A DNA stretch of 64,000 bases from Octopus sinensis. Taxonomy: Eukaryota. Position 1 is the first letter of the stretch, and every line of letters begins with the position of its first letter. This document shows positions 54,457 to 64,000 of this stretch, piece by piece. Below the pieces are notes generated by a model. That model saw only the letters and a program-made list of their open reading frames with translations. It was not told where the DNA came from and did not search any database. Both the position numbers and the translations under genes were made by a program. Location of the stretch: assembly GCF_006345805.1 (NCBI RefSeq), contig NC_043001.1:124496001-124560000 (forward strand), in the 5' to 3' direction.

Positions 54457-55314
54457 CATTTAACAGTAACCTTCAGTTAAAATTATTCACTTTGGTGTAG
54501 ATTGAACAATCCCATCAATACCCTTGTTACTGCTATTGTTGTTGTTGTTGTTGTTGTTAAGCAACTAGACGGGTAAAGGTGATTAGGTGATGGTCTAGGG
54601 CTTAGGGGCAGGAGACCCCGCACCTTGGAAAAAAAAAACTTTGGTCGTCTTGTAGTCGAGGGCTCTTCGTTGACGCCCGACACCACTGGGAGGTGACCCT
54701 AGAAGTCGCTGGAAATGGTGATCTCCAGGTCCAAATTCTTGAACGGCTGTTACTGTTGTTGCTCTCCTGCTGCTGCCGTTTAACCCTAGGTGAACCCTAA
54801 CGGAGCAAACTTTTAATCAAATATATAGTACCCGTCTTTCTTTACTCAAATCGGCGCATTTAATACGTAATACAATTCAGTCTTCCATTCTTTGAGACTG
54901 CAGTCAGAGACATGAGGGAGTTCCAGTTACTATTTCTAATAGAACGAGCGACAAAGAAGAAGCGTTTTTCTTTAATTCACATTATTTTTCGTTTTTGTTG
55001 ATTTCTGGTTTGTTTATTCATTTAATTATTTATTTATCTGTTTTGTAATTGTCAACAAATTATATAAAAGTATTCGTGAAATATTTATTATAGCAACGTA
55101 TGATTAATGATGAGATTATCAAAGCCCAGACTATTCCTAATAATATACATACATAGAATGAACCAGAACATAAACACACATAGAAACAATGAACCAGAGC
55201 ATCAACACACATACACACAAGATCTCTCTTTCCATCTCAGTCACTCTCTCCTTCTCTTTTTCTCTCTGTCTTTTAGAACACACAAAAACACAGACACACG
55301 CGAACACACGCACA

Positions 55315-55347
<33 letters not shown>

Positions 55348-55672
55348 GTTCATAGCTATAGTCAAAGACAGGAATACGTACATTGGATGAACACTGGCAT
55401 GATGTGAGTCGCTAAGAAATATAAGTCATAATCACTCTCGTATGTATGTTTATGTGTGTTTATGCTTGTGTACATATATGTGCGTGTGTATGTTTGTATA
55501 CATACATACATACATACAAACATATATATATATTTATATATATATAAATATATATATATATAGAGAGAGAGAGAGACATATATATAGATAGACGTTTGTG
55601 TGTGCATGTGTATATATGTACAGACACAGACATAAATATATACAGACTACAGTAGGTAGAGAGGCGTAATTC

Positions 55673-55708
<36 letters not shown>

Positions 55709-55974
55709 GTAGATAAAAAATATATTCCAAGGGAACTGCTATCATTCGCCGTCGGCGAAAACTCTATCAACCCCTTCACTCTTCTTCGCCTGCGTTCTCT
55801 CCTTGAATGCATACACACACACATGCGCACGCACACACTCATATAAACATGCATACATACATGCATGCATAATGCATACATACATACATACATACATACA
55901 TACATACATACATACATACATACATACATGCATACATACATACATACATGCATACATACATACATACATGGTAG

Positions 55975-56750
55975 AGACGTTGTGGAGTTTACATCGAAGA
56001 TATCACCTACATTATAAGCAGTGGTCCGAAAAGAGTATTACCTAACGATGAGACATGATGTTGTAGCTAGGACACTCTATAATGAAGTCCGTTGAAAGGA
56101 TAATCCCGAGGACAAAGAAATAAGAACCCACAATATAGTAGAAGTCATAGCCATTCATAATAAAAAGGAATACTGGTGGAATATTCCAGTGAAGACCTCA
56201 ATAAAATGTAAGCACAACAGACCTGATATAATGATTTGGGATAGAGAAGAGAAACTGTGTAGAGTTGTGGAAATTAGCGATCCAGCGGATGTTAGCATAA
56301 AGCTGAAGATCAGTGAAAAAGAGAGTACCTACGCTGAACTATTGAGAAATCTGCAGTTACTCTATCTAGATTACATGTTCTGGTTTATAGCCGTTATTAG
56401 GGCTCTGGTATATGTACCACACTGCCTAAATACTAATCTTGAGAAATTAGGCTTCTCAAAACAAGAAAGGAGAACGCTAATTCGAAGACTACAGACCCTA
56501 TCCATCACTGGAACTGTAAAGATCTGTAAAACTTTCCAGAAGTTTATCATTTATATATATGTATGAGAATGTCTATATATGCAATTATATGCTTGGGAAT
56601 ACATACAAATAAGACATACAAATCTGCACATATACATACATATATACAAAAATACCCTGTTGATGTTTAAATTCCAATGAAGGAGCCTTGGATCTTGATT
56701 AGAAACCGGCTTTTTCTCTATTTGCAAGAAAACTTGAAAAAATATTGACC
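55975..56750 (+). mobile_element. R4/Dong-like LINE 3' region
   Basis: RHDVVARTLY..EYWWNIPVKTSIKCKHNRPDIMIWD..VEISDPAD..EKESTYAELL; same family as 20180-21350. Confidence 0.85.
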
Positions 56751-57416
56751 ACACACACATACACACACACGCACGCACACACGCGCGCGCATCAGTAGTT
56801 AATTAAAAATTCATCTCCTTTCAGGCAAACGTACAGTCCCATGGTGTCATATAGAATTATCTCAACTCATTAACTGCTTTTCAGTTATTGTCATCGTCAG
56901 CATTTCTTTGTTGACTAAGGTGTTTTCAAGTTTTCTGGAACCCTGTAACCATTCGATAGTGAGTTTGAATATCGGGGAGAAAATGTCGTGAGTACGAAGC
57001 CGCATTGTGCTTGCTACTCAGAGACCCGAGTATCAGAGCCCATGGATTGTGTAAATATGATGGGACGTATGTCGGATTGCAGAAACACGCAGCTGTTGCT
57101 ATCGGTCTCGACTTTTTCTCTTAGTTGTGTGAAGAGGAGTCTTAATATGACCAACGTCGGAATTTGAACTCGGAATGTAACAACTAGAAAGCAAAAGCTG
57201 TGTGGACTAGCGTGTTGTACATGAAGCTTTAACCACTTTGCTACCTCACCTCTTGACTGAAAGTTTGTTTCTGAAAAAGTATACTAGATGGACAGTTCAC
57301 ATAAACAACTGGTAAAAGATATACTATTAATTCTTCGAGAGACAAGACCATTTTTCAGCATGCTGGTTTGTTTCTATGTGTGCATATGTATGTTTATGTG
57401 AGTGCTTACATGTATA

Positions 57417-57541
<125 letters not shown>

Positions 57542-59857
57542 TCCATTGTGCGCCTGTGTTTGTATTTGCTTGTGTTTATGTGAGTGTGTGTGTGTGTCGT
57601 GCGTGGATGAGCGTGTGTCCGTGTGTGTTATATATGATGTTTACCTCTTCACTCAATGAGATGAATTAATAATGTGATTTATCAGAAAAAAAAAGAAATA
57701 TTCAATGTTAAGACCAAACAAATATATTAACCGATTTGCACAAAACTACTTTTTTTCTATATCCCACTACCAACGTAAGATCCTGGTGAAGATTTGCGAT
57801 GTAATTAAGCTACTTAGAAGAAACAATAACCATGATAAAGATCAAGCATTCTTTAATTTTGTTTATGTTTATTTTTCTTCATGTTCTTCCGTTTCATTCT
57901 TTTGCTTTAATGTATTTTCCATTTTGCTTCTTTTTTTTTTTTTCATCCTTATTTTAGATCTGTCTGAGAAAAGAATTACCAGAAATCAAACTCATATCTC
58001 ATCTTCTAAGTCACACACAAATAGCTGTTTTTTTTTTGTTGTTGTTTTTTGTGGTTGTTCTTTTTTTTTTGTTTCGTATGAGTGTTTTCGCTTTGGGATG
58101 TGTTCTTTTAGCATTAACAAACATCATCATGATACACAGACAAGCTGAGATTGGATTCGCATAGATTTTCTTTTTTGGAAAATATTTTATTATCTGTGAA
58201 TTTCTCGTGGCCGAAGATGTCCGTGTAATGGTGGATGTATTCACAGAATATTTTTTACAGAGATGAGGGTTGCCACACACCAGACATTCAGGCTCCTCAC
58301 ATGGCCCAGCGATTAAGAAATTTGTTTCGCCATCGTGGTGTCGCGAGCATATGTCGTCTGCAATAGCCTCAGGATGATTCAAATCTTGTGAGTAAAATAT
58401 TGTGGATGGAAACTGAGAATGTGTGAAAGCCCACAGGTTGTAATATGACTGTTTAGGAATTGCAGACCATGAATTTCATTACCTAGTTTAGCACTTCAAA
58501 TTGATCATAGGCACAGAAATGGCTGTGTAGTTAAGAAGTTCGATTTTGCAAACGCACGGTTTCAAGTTAAGTCCCATTCCATGGAATCTGGGCAAGTGCC
58601 CTCTTTTATAGATCTGGACCAACCAATGCCATCTGAATGAACTTGGACCAACTTTCGGTGATATGCCGCTTACATATCTTTACTTGAAATAGTGGGTCGC
58701 GAAGCAGAGGATGAATTTACAAATAATAGCAGGTAAATACTGTATTGAAAATCCCCTTTGAACAGTAACGGTCGTAGACTGCTCGTGGGACGGCAACAAG
58801 GAATGTCCGTAAATGCATTTGTTTGTATGTTAGTACTTGCCCTCTTTCACCTCCAGAGAACCAGTGTTGAGATTTTTTACGTCCCCATAACTTAATGGTT
58901 CGGCAAAGAAGACCGGCAGAATACGTACTAAAGTTTAAAAGACTTGGATGGATTTGTTCGACTAAGCCCTTCACGGCGGTACGCAAGTATGGCCGCAGTC
59001 CAATGACTGATATAGGTAAAAGATAACACATTGAATGCCTTTAGTGGGGTCAGCTTTGTTGAAAATATTTCCTCCAGGTCTCTGCTATGAGGATAGTTTT
59101 TCTGTTCCATCTTAGAGGCCTTGAAAAATTCATAGGTGCTGATTTCTCCAACTGGAGCAATTCATAAAATCATAGAGTCAATACTATACTCTTCAGACAT
59201 CCTACTCTCTACTACTGTTAAAATCGCAAGGTTTCCGTAGTAGCATACGGCTTGTTTCAGGTTTCTTAACCAGGTGGAGCCTAGCTCCAGCTTTGAAAAC
59301 AATGTCATTTTTACTTGCAAGTGAAGGAGTTACAATGAGATAAACAGAAAGGATTGTTCTTCTGTAAGCTATACCAGAGCTTAAATATAGCAGGGCCAAA
59401 TGTCTGGAGAGTCTGGTCTAAAGATGAACCAAATTGTGAATGAATAAACTTGCGTAGAGTGTCTTTCGATCAAGACAACAGGTAACAATACATTGTTTCA
59501 TTACACTCACCCGATATAATTTTACGTTTTTTACAAATGAACAAAAAACAGTTTCATGATATAATATCGGTTTCAAATTTAGGCACAATGTCAGCAATTT
59601 GAGGGAGGGGTAAGTCGATTAAATCGACCCCAGTGTCTCAACTGATACTTATTTCATCAACCACGAAAGGATAAAAGGCAAAGTCGACTTTGTGGAATTT
59701 GAACTCTGAATGTAAAGACGAACGAGATGACGATTCTGCCAGTCGCCGACTTGTATCATCATTGTAATATCTAAACGCTATTGGTCTTTAGATATTATTT
59801 TAAACCTTTATCGTTTGGCACCAGGTCAGACATATATATATATATTATATATATATA

Positions 59858-59936
<79 letters not shown>

Positions 59937-60462
59937 TAGATAGACGTTTGTGTGTGCATGTGTATATATGTACAGACACAGACATAAATATGTACAGACT
60001 ACAGTAGGTAGAGAGGCGTAATTCATAGATTTTTTTAAAATTCAAACTAGATATCTAGGTCTTCACATGCAAGATGTTCTTTTTATATGAAATTATGGTA
60101 GATTTGCCTGGTACTTGAAGCTGCTTCGGCAATCGTATCCAGGCTCCCACATTCGCATGCCATTGGAAGAATTATCTTAATACAAGAGAGCAAAATGAAG
60201 TATCTATATGAACGAAGACTGTTTAAATATAAATATATGAATATTCAAAGGACAGTAAAATTGTAGGCATTCTTTTACTTTTTCAGTCATTTCACTGCGG
60301 CCATGCTAGGTCACCATCTTTAGTCGAATAAATCGATCCCAGGACTTATTCATTGTAAGCTTTATTATTTTTTCACTCTTGCCGAATTGCTAAGTTACGG
60401 GGATGTAAACACACCAACACTGCTTGTCAAGCGATGGTAGGGTGAAAAACACAGACACATAA

Positions 60463-60507
<45 letters not shown>

Positions 60508-61157
60508 CGACAGGCTTCTTTCAGTTTCCGTCTTCCAAATCCACTCACAAGGCTTTGGTCGGCCTGGGGCTCTAGTAGAAGACACTTGCTCAAGATGCTA
60601 CGCAGTGGGACAGAACCCGGAACTATGTGATTAGCAAGCAAGCTTCCTACCACACATCCACGCATGTGTCTATATTTATTTATTTAATTAGTTTAAACGC
60701 CCGTGTAAAGTTGGTAACTTGCGGTACACTGTACACTGTACAATAGTATCCCTATTACAAAGAAAAAAATATAATAATAAACAAAAATTAAAATCAGAAT
60801 CAAAAGAATGAAGAAAAAAGAACAAAAGAGTAAGACTAGTATACGGCAGACACTTAAATGCTTTTCTTATTAAATCTTTTTCAAGCTGCAATGAATTGGA
60901 AGAATTTATCTACTGTTCTGAGATCCCTAAATGTCTTCCTTCTCAGAATAGTAATTTTTGCATTCGAACAAATACCATAGCATTTCTGAATAGATTTGGC
61001 AAAAGCAAAAAGGTGAATCACACAAGCTGTTGGGAGAGGAATATAGTTCAAAGAAATTATATGGTACGTTAAAAGACAACAAAGGCTTTGTATATTAACC
61101 TTGCTCAGTACCTGATACGATTCCTATGTCGATAGACATGGTTGATGTATTAGGAAA

Positions 61158-61372
61158 TTAACCGTTTAGCATATCAGGCCCAAAAATTCTACCTGTTTAG
61201 TGTTTAAATTAAGTGTATCAGGCCTCTCACAGCTACCTCGCAATGTTAAGCTAAAATCAAAGAAACGCATCATCAAAATATCAAAGCTACAAGATAATGT
61301 ATGATTAATTGAAATTTACGTGAATATACAAACATAAAATTTGACAGAATAATCTGAAAGCTAAAGAGTTAA
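61158..61372. mobile_element. TTAA-flanked MITE (piggyBac-like termini)
   Basis: ttaaccgtttagcat...atctgaaagctaaagagttaa. Confidence 0.65.
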
Positions 61373-61420
61373 AGTTCAGTGATCTGCTTCCTCAACGACA
61401 TTATTGCTTTATATATATAT

Positions 61421-61452
<32 letters not shown>

Positions 61453-61579
61453 CAACCTTATTTGAATACCAGCTCTCCGATCAATCATTGCTTGGAAGTT
61501 ACACGTAGACACTCAGCAGTAACATAAGACAATTCAAGAAAAAGTTTTTGTAATGCTTCCATGCAAAAATATACAGAAA

Positions 61580-61933
61580 TCTTTATTTATATAAAACTGA
61601 AGTTGTGTGGTGTCTGTCTCCTACGATTTAGATTCCTAACTACTCCCACATTTTGGGGTGCAGTTTAACCGAAACCGGGTATCTTATAGTCGTGATTCAT
61701 ATCGAGCTCTTCTGGGTATTAGCGCGCGTCTACGATGAGTCTGCGATTTTAAAACAAATTTACCATCAATTTTTCCCATTTTTAATGCATTTTTGGCATA
61801 TATAAGAGAAGTAACTCTCTAAAAATTTATTGTGGTTAGCCATATTGAGATGGCTATTATACTTTACATCTCTAAAAATGCTTATATAGTTATTTCCCTT
61901 ACAAACCCGAGCAACGCCGGGCGATACTGCTAG
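61580..61933 (+). mobile_element. Non-autonomous Helitron, same family as 41737-42233
   Basis: 5' TC(tttatttatataaaac); 3' cccgagcaacgccgggcgatactgCTAG|T. Confidence 0.88.
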
Positions 61934-62685
61934 TATAAATATAAACTGAAAAGATCCCCCAAAACCGAATGTTTCTTAACGTTAAATTATATCTTTATCT
62001 TTTATCTTTTACTTAATTCAGTCATTAAACTCTGCGACAATGCTGGGGTTACCACCTTAAAGAAGTTTTAGTCGAACGAATCAACCCCAGTACTTTATTT
62101 TTTGGTATTTGTTCTTATCGGTGTTTTATGTTCTACCACTCGATGTAAGCGAATCCACACCGGTCACCAAGAAGCGGTGGGGGACAAACACTGACACAAA
62201 GACATAAATACATTGATAATTATATGGGTAGATATAAACGACGGTCTCCTTTCAGTTTCCGTCTGCCAAATCCACTCACCAGGTTTAGGTCAGCCCGAGG
62301 TTACAGTACGAACTGGACCCAGAATCATGTGGTTGGGAAGCAAGCTTCCTGATACACAGTCAAGCCTGCACCTACATATTTAAAAACAGTTGGTATACTT
62401 ACTTTATATGTGAAAGCCCCAAAGGAAATTCACTAGTTCTGAATACATGAAATAAATAAGCGAGAAGCATCAATTGGGGAGAATGTATGTCAATGCGCCA
62501 GTTATTGCTTTAGTTTTTTTTTTTTGGGGGGGGGGCTCCTGAAGTGAATGTAGGGTTACCACCTTTTATTTTCTGTGTCTTTTCAACACACTACCTGCGT
62601 GAGCAGGGTTGTGCTTTTCTGAATTCCCCCACTTTAGGGGCGAATTATTTTATCCTTTCTCTTTTTGTGTAAAATTCTTACACAT

Positions 62686-63879
62686 GGATACCGAACCGGA
62701 AAACAAGATGCAGGCAATCCTTTTAGACGAACTCTATCAGGTAATGTTCCCGTCCCTCTCAAGTCGCGAAACAGGGGAAAAGAAGGATTACCCGAACAAG
62801 AAATACCAAAAGAAACAAAAAAGTAATCACAAAGTTAACTTTGCGTCTGTAGCCGGTATCACGAGCGAAATAGTGCAGGTCGGTCCAGACGAACTGGAGA
62901 AATACAAGTGTTTAATACAAAAGGAGGGAACCAATGTAAGACTGACTCCACCTCCGAAGTGATACACATCAAAAAGAGGCAAAACTTTGTCGCTAAAAAC
63001 GAAAAATTTGAAATGACTACTAAAGAAGCAATCGAAAAATGCTTACAGCCGATAGCAAAATATAACATACATAGCCAGCGGAAAGCGCTTCAGAACTGTC
63101 GAAACGAGGTTCGCTTCCAAAGAAGAAACCAAGAAGCATTTGACAACTTCCCTTAAGTCAACAGAACTAGTGCTGCTGCCAACATATTTAGGCAAGTGGA
63201 CATCAAAAATCAAAACAGGGGAGATCCCACCGGAGATCGACGTGGTGTGGCTGATGGCAGCTCTACAGTTAAACTTGGAGGATAAAATCAATATCCTTCA
63301 AGTCACCAAGCTGTACCAGCAGAACTGGTGGGGGCCAAGGTCTGGAACTGGTCATCCAGGCCATCCAGCGCAATCTGGAAGAATTGCCAGATCAAATTTT
63401 ACTGCCGGACGAAACTACATTAAGAGTATTAGTGGAGGGGCGAAAGCCAAGTTGCTACAAGTGCGGCATGAAAGGGCATATTAAAACCGCATGCCCACAA
63501 GACCAAGCGCCAATAGCACCCCCTATAGCAAGTAAACCTCCGCAAACCCGACAAAGCTACAAGAACCCAATAAGAGATGACTAATGCCACGACAAAACAA
63601 CACACATCAGTAATAGCGCGAGAAGAGACAAAGCAACAAAAGAGAAATGCCCCAGAAAAAAAAGTTCTCACCGCATCTGAAGAAGTGGAGAGCGACTGGA
63701 AGGAGGTCAAAAAAAGATGCAAGAGGATGAATATCTCCCACACACCTATACACATGCATGCACCCCCTCCCCACACAGACACGAAAAACTTAAAAACCCG
63801 ACCCATTTCACCCAGATACAGTAATAAACGTAATCGCATTCAACACGAACAACAGCAACTTAGTATAACTGATGAATAA
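62686..63879 (+). pseudogene. Frameshifted ORF1 (gag-like, CCHC zinc knuckle) of a non-LTR retrotransposon, probably Tx1/L1-like
   Basis: Consecutive frames end in PDQILLPDETTLRVLVEGRKPSCYKCGMKGHIKTAC (C-x2-C-x4-H-x4-C), followed by a basic low-complexity tail. Confidence 0.8.
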
Positions 63880-64000
63880 AAATGAATATATCACCCCTTA
63901 TGCAGCCCCAACACACTCAAACATACCGGAATATATAAAATTTATATACATAGACAATATCTCATACACAAACTTAAAAGAAAAATGCTCAAATGACATC

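Noticed and set aside
58011-58382. 123-aa ORF with PECLVCG
   Set aside because: It overlaps a decayed SINE and T-rich runs, and no complete zinc-finger pattern is present
59030-59450. Short minus-strand frames (QTLQTFGPAIF..., GEISTYEFFKASK...)
   Set aside because: No consistent donors or phase linkage; possibly a decayed transposase

Overview
AT-rich, microsatellite-saturated eukaryotic DNA. The SINE, LINE and MITE content looks like a coleoid cephalopod, most likely Octopus (inferred, not verified). Almost all listed six-frame ORFs are microsatellite translations or transposon relics. Splice-site reading gives one phase-consistent minus-strand gene with coding exons at 36719-36712, 23581-23547, 22914-22763, 15652-15559 and 577-423, encoding an unrecognised protein of about 147 aa, plus a likely CpG/CT-rich first exon near 39.6-40.1 kb. 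The rest is dense in tRNA-derived SINEs (four families), LINE relics (RTE, Tx1/L1-like, R4/Dong-like), Tc1/mariner relics, Helitron/Helentron-like elements, MITEs, a Gypsy fragment and a 169-bp tandem array. Most interesting: the hidden gene and its tandem splice donor; three long fold-back palindromes; a SINE 3' tail shared with Tx1-like LINE ends, together with a repeated trimeric SINE architecture; a Tc1/mariner chimera; and a hammerhead-like core. No CRISPR arrays, rRNA or true tRNA genes were seen. I found no convincing evidence of a novel multi-gene system.
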